Shown: positions 1 through 6,566, counted from the first letter of the stretch. The stretch: DNA of 37,995 nucleotides from a virus (IMGVR_UViG_3300045922_000127:1-37995), one strand, 5' to 3'. The notes: a model not told the origin generated them from the letters alone. A program made the numbers and translations.

Positions 1-127
1 CCCCACCTACCACAGCATCCGATGGGTCGGGGATCGAACCATCGGCACGCTATGCGGTGCGTGGATCGAGCGCCGGATCATGGGCTGGTCGCATCTTCGC
101 CGTGACCACGCTGACCTGTTCGCCCGA
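1..127. repeat. Terminal direct repeat, copy 1 (identical to 37869-37995)
   Basis: Base-by-base reading: 1-127 equals 37869-37995. The match ends only because the window ends. Confidence 0.95.
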
Positions 128-166
128 CCGTGCCGCCGATGCTTCCCGAAAGGAGTGGGCCCATGA
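2..166 (+). CDS. 3' portion of the junction-spanning small ORF (same gene as 37819-37995 after circularisation)
   Basis: The frame of ATG 37819 runs through the repeat into position 2 and stops at TGA 164-166. The full product is 71 aa (MSDEPEWVFILSRRRNRPTYHSIRW...PCRRCFPKGVGP) with a C-terminal CxxC. Its stop overlaps the next start (ATGA at 163-166). Confidence 0.55.
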   Translation, partial: PTYHSIRWVGDRTIGTLCGAWIERRIMGWSHLRRDHADLFARPCRRCFPKGVGP

Positions 167-588
167 CCACCACCAGCAACTTGGAGTGGCCGCCGCCGAG
201 CGAGGTTCCGTCTCCGCTGCCTATCGCGTTGCATTTCCGCTGGTCCGAACTTCAACCGTCAAAGTTTCTCGCAGTCGACGTGACCTCCCTCGACTTCGTG
301 AGATACGCAACCTCTGTGCTCGGCCCGTCGGTTGTGTGCTTGACACAGTTCGTCGCCGCCGACCTTGTTCGCACGCATCGCCGTTCGTATCCCACATGGC
401 TTCTTGCCGAGTCGCTCGGAATGGGCTGCCCTGACGGTGAGCACAGGAAGCTGCGTCTCGTGTTGGTGCGGGCGTGCAAGTTCGGGCCGTTCGAGTTTGC
501 CGGCAACGAGTTCGTGTTGCGATCCCATTGGGTGTCGGACTGGTCTTGGTCTGAGCTGCTGCTCAACGGGGGGACCGATGAACGCTGA
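163..588 (+). CDS. hypothetical protein (141 aa)
   Basis: ATG 163 is preceded by GAAAGGAG at 148-155 and forms an ATGA overlap with the upstream ORF. It lies in the frame of track ORF 130..588. No recognisable motif. Confidence 0.65.
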   Translation: MTTTSNLEWPPPSEVPSPLPIALHFRWSELQPSKFLAVDVTSLDFVRYATSVLGPSVVCLTQFVAADLVRTHRRSYPTWLLAESLGMGCPDGEHRKLRLVLVRACKFGPFEFAGNEFVLRSHWVSDWSWSELLLNGGTDER

Positions 589-1342
589 GGAACTAGCCAA
601 CATTCTTGCCGCCCATGACCGGTGGCTCAGATCGAACGGCAAGGAAGGCGTCAGAGCCAACTTGGTTGGAGCCGACTTGGTTGGAGCCGACTTGGCCGGA
701 GCCATCTTGTACGAAGCCGCCCTGTTTGAAGCCGACTTGGCCGGAGCCATCTTGTTTGAAGCCAGCCTGGCCAGAGCCAACCTGTTCGCTGTCAACCTGG
801 TCGGAGCCAAACTGGTCGGAGCCAAACTGGTCGGAGCCAACCTGGCCGGAGCCAACATGGCCAAAGCCAACCTGGCCGAAGCCAACCTGGCCGGAGCCGA
901 CATGGCCGGAGCCATCCTGACCGGAGCGACCCCGACCGGAGCCATTCTGATCGCTGCCAACATGATCGGAGCCAAACTGGCCGAAGCCAACTTGGCTGGA
1001 GCCGACATGGCCGGAGCCAACCTGGCCGGAGCCGACATGGCCGGAGCCAGCCTGCTCGGAGCCAACCTGGCCGGAGCCAACTTGGTCGGTGCTGTTGGGA
1101 TCAAGTGGGGTGCCATTGGCCCTGTCGGCCAGGGCAGGCGGATGCTCACCGCGTGGGCGCATGACTCGCTGGACGAGCCGATGATCGGCGGCGGCTGCTT
1201 CATGGGCACGTTCGGTGAGTTCCGCGAGATGATCGCCGGTGTGCCGTGGGGATGGGGCAAGGGATCACCCGAGGATCAAGATCGTTGGCGGCAGGAGTGC
1301 GCCGATGCGGCTGATTGGTTGTGGCTGGCGGTGACCAAGTGA
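578..1342 (+). CDS. pentapeptide-repeat protein (254 aa) with a non-repeat C-terminal domain
   Basis: An internal ATG of track ORF 365..1342 gives MNAEELANILAAHDRWLRSNGKEG. This is followed by 29 uninterrupted A(D/N)LxG-type pentapeptides and an 84-aa C-terminal domain. It overlaps the previous gene by 11 nt. Confidence 0.85.
   Translation: MNAEELANILAAHDRWLRSNGKEGVRANLVGADLVGADLAGAILYEAALFEADLAGAILFEASLARANLFAVNLVGAKLVGAKLVGANLAGANMAKANLAEANLAGADMAGAILTGATPTGAILIAANMIGAKLAEANLAGADMAGANLAGADMAGASLLGANLAGANLVGAVGIKWGAIGPVGQGRRMLTAWAHDSLDEPMIGGGCFMGTFGEFREMIAGVPWGWGKGSPEDQDRWRQECADAADWLWLAVTK
656..1090 (+). repeat. 15-bp-period coding tandem repeat (29 pentapeptide units)
   Basis: ANLVG ADLVG ADLAG AILYE ... 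ANLAG ANLVG, counted from the translation. The repeat keeps several other frames open on both strands. Confidence 0.9.
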
Positions 1343-1381
1343 CTGTCATGCAAATCAAAGCGAGAGCGAAAGGAGAATCAG

Positions 1382-1588
1382 ATGAGTGAGCAGATGAACT
1401 CAGAGGATCGGCCATATCTCGGTCTGGCAACCACGCAGGAACTCTTGGATGAGTTGTTGGCGAGGCTCGGGCGGGTGCTGGACTACGAGGTGTCAGAGGG
1501 GCCTGCCGTCGAGAGGGCGGTGGCGATCACGAAGTTGAACTGCCGGTTGCCTCAAGTCGCCCTGGAGTACCGAACCGTCGATCAGTGA
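1382..1588 (+). CDS. hypothetical protein (68 aa)
   Basis: Track ORF. AAAGGAG at 1369-1375 sits 6 nt upstream of the ATG. High third-position GC. Confidence 0.7.
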   Translation: MSEQMNSEDRPYLGLATTQELLDELLARLGRVLDYEVSEGPAVERAVAITKLNCRLPQVALEYRTVDQ

Positions 1589-1590
1589 CC

Positions 1591-1674
1591 GTGTTCGTGT
1601 TGCTCGCAACAGTGGCGGTGTTCGTGGCGGTCGCCCGCCACCTGATGCGCTCCGATCGGTGGGAGGACCGATGA
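1591..1674 (+). CDS. possible 27-aa single-pass membrane micro-protein
   Basis: GTG 1591 lies 2 nt after the previous stop. Product VFVLLATVAVFVAVARHLMRSDRWEDR. Its TGA overlaps the RusA ATG (ATGA at 1671-1674). GC-rich third positions. Below the ORF-track size cutoff. Confidence 0.3.
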   Translation: MFVLLATVAVFVAVARHLMRSDRWEDR

Positions 1675-2090
1675 CCGCCGCACGGTCCCCTGTGGTGGTG
1701 TCGTTTCCGCAGCCGGCCCGACTGCTGTCACTCAACGACCGCCATCATTGGCGTGTCCGCGCCCGTCTCGTCGCGGCGTGGCGTCACGCCGCACACATGG
1801 CTGCGGTCGAGCAGATGCCACCAGGAAGGTCACGGCGTCGGCTGCCACCGTCGGTGGTGCGCTGCCATTTGGACGTCCCCACCCGCCGAGCTCGTGACCC
1901 GCACAACCTGTTCGCAACGGTGAAACCGATTGTTGACGGGCTGGTGGACGCCGGCCTGTGGCCTGATGACACCTCCGAGTGGGTGACCACGGTGGAGCCG
2001 GTGTTGCGTCCGGCTCCGGGTGTGGTGCGTGCCGGGGGCAGGTTGATGGTGACCGTCGAGATCACCGCTCGTGAGGGGGTGGGGTTGTGA
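1671..2090 (+). CDS. rusA: RusA-family Holliday-junction resolvase
   Basis: RDPHNLFATVKPIVDGLVDAGLWPDDTSEWV matches the RusA D-x-D/N ... K-x-x-x-D-x-L ... DD core. GGAGGA at 1662-1667. Alternative GTG start at 1659. Confidence 0.8.
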   Translation: MTAARSPVVVSFPQPARLLSLNDRHHWRVRARLVAAWRHAAHMAAVEQMPPGRSRRRLPPSVVRCHLDVPTRRARDPHNLFATVKPIVDGLVDAGLWPDDTSEWVTTVEPVLRPAPGVVRAGGRLMVTVEITAREGVGL

Positions 2091-2236
2091 GTGTTGGGCG
2101 GTGGCGGCGTTGGCGGTGCCCGGTGTGCGGGCAGACAGTGGACGTGTGGGCTTCGACCCAGCCGCCTGTCTGTCGTCATTGGGGGACGGGTTCGGGGCGG
2201 AAACCGTCGGTGATGGTGCAGGTGGAGGAGGGATGA
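2087..2236 (+). CDS. possible 49-aa zinc-ribbon-like micro-protein
   Basis: The GTG overlaps the RusA stop (GTGA) and its TGA overlaps the WhiB ATG (ATGA). Product VSVGRWRRWRCPVCGQTVDVWASTQPPVCRHWG... carries CxxC-x14-CxH. The alternative reading is a long N-terminal extension of WhiB from 2071. Confidence 0.35.
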   Translation: MSVGRWRRWRCPVCGQTVDVWASTQPPVCRHWGTGSGRKPSVMVQVEEG

Positions 2237-2520
2237 TGGCTAGCCAGGTGATGGTGCGGCGCAGACGTGAAGCGTTGCAGGTGTCGTGGATGTTGCGGTT
2301 CGCGATGGGGGAGCCGCGTCGAGGGTGGCATGAGCACGCGGCGTGCCGTGGTGGGGTCGCCACCGTCGACGTGTGCCAACACTGTCCGGTGCGTGTCGAT
2401 TGTGGCAGGGACGCCGCGTCGTTCGAGGTTGCCGACCCCCAGTTCTTGTGGGGTGTGCGCGGCGGGTTCGGCCCCTATGAGAGGGCAAGGATGTGGGCGA
2501 TGAGAAGCGACCACTGCTAG
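2233..2520 (+). CDS. whiB: WhiB-like transcription factor (95 aa)
   Basis: HEHAACRGG...VCQHCPVRVDCGRD (C-xn-C-x2-C-x5-C) followed by WGVRGG. GGAGGAGGG lies directly upstream of ATG 2233. Confidence 0.8.
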   Translation: MMASQVMVRRRREALQVSWMLRFAMGEPRRGWHEHAACRGGVATVDVCQHCPVRVDCGRDAASFEVADPQFLWGVRGGFGPYERARMWAMRSDHC

Positions 2521-2524
2521 ACGG

Positions 2525-2920
2525 ATGGAGGTTGAGGTTGTGAACCAGGAGTCGTTGTGGGGTGCGCGGGCGCGGGTGTCTGATCCGGTCACGTCGCATC
2601 TGGCTGCACGATCCGTGTCGAACACGATGCTGGTGCAGGAGCGCATCGTCGCGTTGTACCGCCGGTTCGGGGCGATGACCGACGAGGAGCTGTGCGCGAT
2701 GTTCGATGCGAGGCCGGTGTGGGCGTCGCCGTCGAGCATCCGGTCGCGGCGCGCGGAGCTGGTGGCGGCGGGTGTGGTGGTGAACACTGGTCGGAGGCGG
2801 CGCACCGTGTCAGGTCGGCAGGCGATCGTGTGGGATATCAGCGATACAGGTGCCGAGCCTGGTTCCCGTCGTGTGGATGACGGTTTGTTCGGTGATGGAC
2901 CGATGGATGGTGGCGTCTAG
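2525..2920 (+). CDS. winged-helix DNA-binding protein (131 aa)
   Basis: SDPVTSHLAA ... IVALYRRFGAMTDEELCAMF ... SSIRSRRAELVAAGVV resembles the MarR-like winged helix common in actinophage early regions. Alternative GTG start at 2540 with GGAGGTTGAGG upstream. Confidence 0.55.
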   Translation: MEVEVVNQESLWGARARVSDPVTSHLAARSVSNTMLVQERIVALYRRFGAMTDEELCAMFDARPVWASPSSIRSRRAELVAAGVVVNTGRRRRTVSGRQAIVWDISDTGAEPGSRRVDDGLFGDGPMDGGV

Positions 2921-3001
2921 CAGGCGTTACACCCCCACCCTATCCGCAGCCTGGCTGCGTTGGCGTGGCCGCGTGTTGCGCCGGCGATGCTGGTGCCGTG
3001 G

Positions 3002-3687
3002 TCAGGGTTGTGTCGGTGACGGTGAGGATGCGCCGCTGCGGGCCGTGTCAACGCCGAGCGCCTGACCGTACCGCCACGCCATCTTCGCGTTCACTTTCCG
3101 CCCGGTTCGGGCGGTGATCTCGGCGGCGACCTGCCGCCACGATCCACCGTGGGCGCGGGTGACGGTGAGGATGCGCGCCGCCTCGGCACCGAGCGGCGAG
3201 GTTTCCGGGGTGGCGTCGGGGCCGATGTGCTGCCACCAGGCGAGCCGGCCGCCGGTGTAGCGTCCGTCGCGTCGCGCTCGCTGTTTCCCGGCGACGGTGC
3301 GGGCCCGGATCATCGCCCGCTCGTACTCTGCGATAGCGCCCATGATCTGGCGTACAAGCTTGCGGCTGGCGTCGTGCGGGTCGAGGACCATGGCGTTTTC
3401 GGCGGCGTCAAGGATGGTGACGGTGGCGCCGCGCTGCCACAGCTGGGCAAGAATCCATTCTTGCAGCATGAGGTCTCTGGCGAGGCGGTCTAGTTTGCAC
3501 ACTGCCACGGTGTCGCCGGCGGTGACGGCGGCGAGGAGCGCGGCGAGGGCGGGGCGGGTGTCGATGCCTTCGGCTCCGGAGATGCCGTCGTCGGTGTGAA
3601 GGGTGATCCTCTGGCCGTTGTCTGGGTTTCGATGGTGCCGCGTTCCTGCTGGCCGATGCTTGATACGCGGGCGTAGCCGTGCAACAT
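3002..3687 (-). pseudogene. small serine recombinase (resolvase/invertase type), reading frame broken near 3607-3625
   Basis: ATG 3687 (AAGGAA 7 nt upstream) gives MLHGYARVSSIGQQERGTIETQ, which carries the catalytic Ser motif. That frame runs into Pro/Ser-rich nonsense. The -1 frame reads ITLHTDDGISGAEGIDTRPALAALLAAVTAGDTVAVCKLDRLARD...AIAEYERAMIRARTVAGK plus a C-terminal HTH (track ORF 3002..3508). Confidence 0.75.
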
Positions 3688-3710
3688 GGTCGGGTTTCCT
3701 TGTGGAATGT

Positions 3711-3755
3711 GAACGGCCCGCATCGTTGCCGTGGTGGCGTCGATGCGGGCCGTTC
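3711..3755 (-). terminator. perfect 15-bp stem hairpin between the 80-aa gene and the recombinase
   Basis: GAACGGCCCGCATCG (3711-3725) pairs with CGATGCGGGCCGTTC (3741-3755) around a 15-nt loop. There is no clear U-tract. Confidence 0.5.
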
Positions 3756-3766
3756 GGTGGACGGTC

Positions 3767-4009
3767 TTAGGCGGTGGATCGTGGCGGGTGGTGGTCGTCG
3801 AGAATGAACCGTGCCATCTGGTCGACCATCTCCAGCTCGCTTGCTCGCATGTCAATCTCGGTGCAGCCGATGGCTCGCAACCCGACACGGGTCAGGTCGT
3901 CGGGGGTGTGCGGGTCGTACGGCCATGCTCGCAGGTGGCCGCGGATGGCGGCGGCGATGGCGTCGAGGTCCGCGCCGGTGAGCCTTGACGTGTCCAGGTG
4001 TCGGGTCAT
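3767..4009 (-). CDS. hypothetical protein (80 aa)
   Basis: Track ORF 3767..4018. ATG 4009 makes an ATGA overlap with the upstream stop (alternative ATG 4018). No motif recognised. Confidence 0.6.
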   Translation of the reverse strand: MTRHLDTSRLTGADLDAIAAAIRGHLRAWPYDPHTPDDLTRVGLRAIGCTEIDMRASELEMVDQMARFILDDHHPPRSTA

Positions 4010-4350
4010 TCGGCCCATGCGTAACGCTCCACGAGCATATCGGCGGCGTCATCCGACAGTGGGCGGCGAACCTCGACACCGCCCCAGTATCCGACGATCT
4101 CCGCGTCACGGCCGGTCGCCTGCCATCCGTAGCCCTCGTGGACCACCGGAACCCTCGCTTCGATATGCGGGCCGCCGGTCGTGAACACGACTTCGAGCGT
4201 GTAGGTGATCTCGACGCTCAGCGGGTCGTGCTCGTCGTCGTGCTCGTGCTCGTCGTCGTAGGTGTCGGTGTAGCTGGTGATCTTGTCGAGCATGTCGAGA
4301 ATCGACGTGATGTGCGCCGTCAGCTCGTCCCTGGTCTCGTTGGTGTCCAT
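4006..4350 (-). CDS. small acidic protein, paralogue 1 (114 aa)
   Basis: MDTNETRDELTAH...DDEHEHDDEHDPLSVEITYTLEVVFTTGGPHIEARVPVVHEGYGWQATG is closely similar to the 5209..5520 product. GGGAAAGGA lies 8 nt upstream of ATG 4350. Confidence 0.75.
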   Translation of the reverse strand: MDTNETRDELTAHITSILDMLDKITSYTDTYDDEHEHDDEHDPLSVEITYTLEVVFTTGGPHIEARVPVVHEGYGWQATGRDAEIVGYWGGVEVRRPLSDDAADMLVERYAWAE

Positions 4351-4468
4351 CGTGTGCATCCTTTCCCTTTGGTGAACCGGCCCCGGTTGGGGCCGGTGGT
4401 GCCCCGCCTCGGTCGTGAACCGTCGCCCACCTGGCAGCGGGTGGCGGGGCGGACACTCTAGCCGAGTG

Positions 4469-5164
4469 TCACGGCAGCCTGATTGGCATGACGAGCGCCA
4501 GCAGATCGCAACCGGTGTCGACGCCGTGGGCGGTGAACAAGGTCGGTTTGCGGTTGTCGACGAGGCGGGCGAGCTTCACCCAGTCCGCCCCGATCGCTTT
4601 CGCTGCGGCGCAGATATCCGCCAGATAGGCGGGGTTCCACGCGACCGGCTCGGATTCTTCGAGCGGGAACCCGTCCCGATCCGGTGGGAACAGCTGCTCC
4701 CATTGCGGGTAGTCGCCTTCGAGCAGCCGCACCTGGGCGGTGGACGCCCCATCGGGGGTGATCGTGTCGATTCGCACCGACCGTCCGCCGGTCTCCAGCA
4801 CGAACCGGACCGCCGGTTCGGTGTCACCGCGCCGCACCCTGGGCGTGCCCTTCACGATCCGGACGAGATCGCCGGCGGGGATGTTCACCGGGGCGAACGG
4901 TTCACCGATGGCGACGCGTTCGGTGGTGATGGTGACGACGTGCAGCCGGTAGCTGTCGCACGCGACCAGCCGCACCCCATCGGCGCAGGTGTCGACCAGG
5001 ACACCGGTCAGCAGTGGCCGCGCCTGATCGGTGGACGCCGCCAGCGTGACCGCGTTCACCGCGGCGCGCAGTGTCGACGCGTCGACGGTGAACAGCACCC
5101 GTTCATCGTCGACGACGGCGGGGGTGACCGCCGCCGGTAGATGGTGAATCATGCTCGGATTCAT
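4469..5164 (-). CDS. truncated DnaN (DNA polymerase III beta sliding clamp)-like protein (231 aa)
   Basis: ARPLLTGVLVDTCADGVRLVACDSYRL, LLEGDYPQWEQLFP and C-terminal LALVMPIRLP match conserved DnaN blocks. GGAAGGGAAGGGA lies upstream of ATG 5164. The longer track ORF start (5320) is Arg-rich and overlaps the neighbouring gene. Confidence 0.65.
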   Translation of the reverse strand: MNPSMIHHLPAAVTPAVVDDERVLFTVDASTLRAAVNAVTLAASTDQARPLLTGVLVDTCADGVRLVACDSYRLHVVTITTERVAIGEPFAPVNIPAGDLVRIVKGTPRVRRGDTEPAVRFVLETGGRSVRIDTITPDGASTAQVRLLEGDYPQWEQLFPPDRDGFPLEESEPVAWNPAYLADICAAAKAIGADWVKLARLVDNRKPTLFTAHGVDTGCDLLALVMPIRLP

Positions 5165-5208
5165 GGTATCCCTTCCCTTCCTGTTGGTGTTTCTCGCGGT
5201 CACTCCGC

Positions 5209-5520
5209 TTACGCGTATTCCTCGACGAGCATGGCGGCAACATCCTGGGCCAGCGAGCCCGTCACTTTTTCGCTGCCCCACCAGCCGACGATCTCCGCGC
5301 CGTAGCCGGTTGCCTGCCATCCGTAAGCCTCGTGGACCATCGGGATACGTGCCTCGAGGTGAGGGCCGCCCGTGGCGAACACGACCTCAAGCGTGTAGGT
5401 GATCTCGACGCTCAACGGGACGCACTCGTCGTCGTAGTGGTCGCCGCTGAGTTTCCGCTCGAGCATGTCGCGGATCGACTCAACGTGCGCCGTGAGCTGG
5501 TCCCTGGTCTCGTTGTCCAT
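5209..5520 (-). CDS. small acidic protein, paralogue 2 (103 aa)
   Basis: MDNETRDQLTAH...DDECVPLSVEITYTLEVVFATGGPHLEARIPMVHEAYGWQATG. GGAAGGGAAGGA lies 7 nt upstream of the ATG. Confidence 0.8.
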   Translation of the reverse strand: MDNETRDQLTAHVESIRDMLERKLSGDHYDDECVPLSVEITYTLEVVFATGGPHLEARIPMVHEAYGWQATGYGAEIVGWWGSEKVTGSLAQDVAAMLVEEYA

Positions 5521-5646
5521 CGTTGCATCCTTCCCTTCCTGTTTCGCTGCTCGACACCGGTTGGTGCCGATGGTCCCCTAGCCACGCCGTGAACGTTCGC
5601 AGCCCGTGCGCTGCGCTAGGGGTGGGCCGGCTCAGCGGCCCGATGT

Positions 5647-5883
5647 TCACGCCACGCCATCACCCCCACCGGGCCGCTGGAGCTGCTCGGCTGCGTCTTC
5701 CACGTCCACCCGCCGCCAAACCCACGTCCCGCCAACTTTGCGGAGCGGCGGCGGCAGGATGGCAGCCAGGTTCGGATGCAACCGAGGCTTGGTGAGCGCA
5801 ACCCTGATCGACGACATCGCCACCCCGAGATGGGCGGCGACCTCGGCGGTGTCCATGAGGTCGCCGGGTTCGATCCGGTTCAT
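5647..5883 (-). CDS. Xis/MerR-like helix-turn-helix DNA-binding protein (78 aa)
   Basis: LMDTAEVAAHLGVAMSSIRVAL ... GGTWVWRRVDVE is typical of excisionase-type HTH proteins. ATGA overlap with the upstream gene. Confidence 0.6.
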   Translation of the reverse strand: MNRIEPGDLMDTAEVAAHLGVAMSSIRVALTKPRLHPNLAAILPPPLRKVGGTWVWRRVDVEDAAEQLQRPGGGDGVA

Positions 5884-6155
5884 GCCAGCACCCCCGCGAG
5901 TGCGTTCATTGCCTCAACCGCACGCTTGATCGTCGGACTGTAACGGTATGCGCCGTCGGTGAAATGATCGTATGGCGACACCCGATCCTCGGCAAACAGG
6001 TACGCGTCGGTCGCGGCGTCAATGTCGCCGGCTTCGATCAGATCGACCACCTTGTAGATGTTGTCGACGTCTCGCGCATCCCAGCGGTCGGCTTGCGCCC
6101 ACTGTGCGGCGGCGCACAAGGCGCGCACCACCTCGTCGGGGTCGATGCGGTTCAT
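5880..6155 (-). CDS. hypothetical protein (91 aa)
   Basis: Track ORF with ATGA overlaps at both ends. No motif recognised. Confidence 0.65.
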   Translation of the reverse strand: MNRIDPDEVVRALCAAAQWAQADRWDARDVDNIYKVVDLIEAGDIDAATDAYLFAEDRVSPYDHFTDGAYRYSPTIKRAVEAMNALAGVLA

Positions 6156-6490
6156 CGCTGCACCCCCGCCACGAGCTCATTCGCCAGCTGCACCGCCTGA
6201 TTCTTCGGCTGCGGCCCTTCGAGCAGGTCATACAGGTGGTCGACCAGACGGCAGGTGGTCATCACCACGTCGTAGCTGTCGTGCAGGTTGTGGGCGGCGA
6301 TCTCCGATTGCGCCAGATAGTCGGGGCACTGCACAAACACGATGCGGCTAGCCGGATGGTGGTAGGCGCGTGCGATGAGGTCGCGGAGGTAGCGGCGGTG
6401 ACCGTAGGTGTCACCTACCACGGCGATGCTGGTGCCGACGGCGGCGACGCCAGTGGCGGCGTTGCCGGTGCCGTGACTGCTGGTCGTCAT
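6152..6490 (-). CDS. hypothetical protein (112 aa), first gene of the leftward operon
   Basis: Track ORF. GGAAGGGAAGGGAAAC lies upstream of ATG 6490. Confidence 0.7.
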   Translation of the reverse strand: MTTSSHGTGNAATGVAAVGTSIAVVGDTYGHRRYLRDLIARAYHHPASRIVFVQCPDYLAQSEIAAHNLHDSYDVVMTTCRLVDHLYDLLEGPQPKNQAVQLANELVAGVQR

Positions 6491-6537
6491 AGTTTCCCTT
6501 CCCTTCCGTGGCCCACCCGTTGCGGGCCGCTGCCCCG

Positions 6538-6566
6538 ATGGTAACGCTAACGCTGACCCCTGTCAA
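6538..6566 (-). promoter_or_regulatory. leftward promoter candidate (TTGACA-N17-TACCAT)
   Basis: On the minus strand, TTGACA is at 6566-6561 and TACCAT at 6543-6538 with a 17-nt spacer, about 45 nt upstream of ATG 6490. Confidence 0.55.

Noticed and set aside
20-50. tRNA-like GGGGATCGAACC (T-loop-like) sequence, also present at 37888-37918
   Set aside because: Only one 6-bp stem (CGATGG/CCATCG) with a 13-nt loop can be drawn. There is no acceptor, D or anticodon arm, and it lies inside a coding frame.
259-1260. Long antisense and alternative-frame ORFs over the pentapeptide gene (259..1260 minus, 593..1162 minus, 606..920 plus)
   Set aside because: They exist only because the 15-bp repeat lacks stop codons in several frames. 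Their products are low-complexity (PAxLA, GSGQV, PTWPE), they have no SD, and they fully overlap a well-supported gene.
1100-1342. Shared C-terminal domain between the pentapeptide protein (GGGCFMGTFGEFREMI) and the 194-aa protein at 36442-37026 (VAGCRTFNTAEEAIAHW)
   Set aside because: Only a loose GC-x3/4-T-x2-E pattern is common, which is too weak to claim homology without a profile comparison.
3002-3687. Programmed -1 ribosomal frameshift in the recombinase
   Set aside because: There is no in-phase X-XXY-YYZ slippery heptamer and no downstream pseudoknot-like structure at the shift region. A mutation or an assembly indel is more parsimonious.
3490-3888. 132-aa track ORF taken as an intact gene
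   Set aside because: Only its internal segment from MLHGYARVSS is meaningful (the recombinase N-terminus). The upstream part overlaps the 80-aa gene and a hairpin, and the downstream part is out-of-frame Pro/Ser-rich sequence.
4469-5320. Full 283-aa version of the clamp-like ORF starting at 5320
   Set aside because: The first 52 residues are Arg/Gly-rich, overlap the 3' end of the paralogue-2 gene, and lack an SD. ATG 5164 has a strong GGAAGGGAAGGGA site.
5165-6508. Repeated CCCTTCCCTTCC 12-mer (minus strand GGAAGGGAAGGG) upstream of three leftward genes, considered as a special regulatory repeat
   Set aside because: It is most simply an extended Shine-Dalgarno sequence at the normal distance from each ATG. 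It is notable but needs no further explanation.
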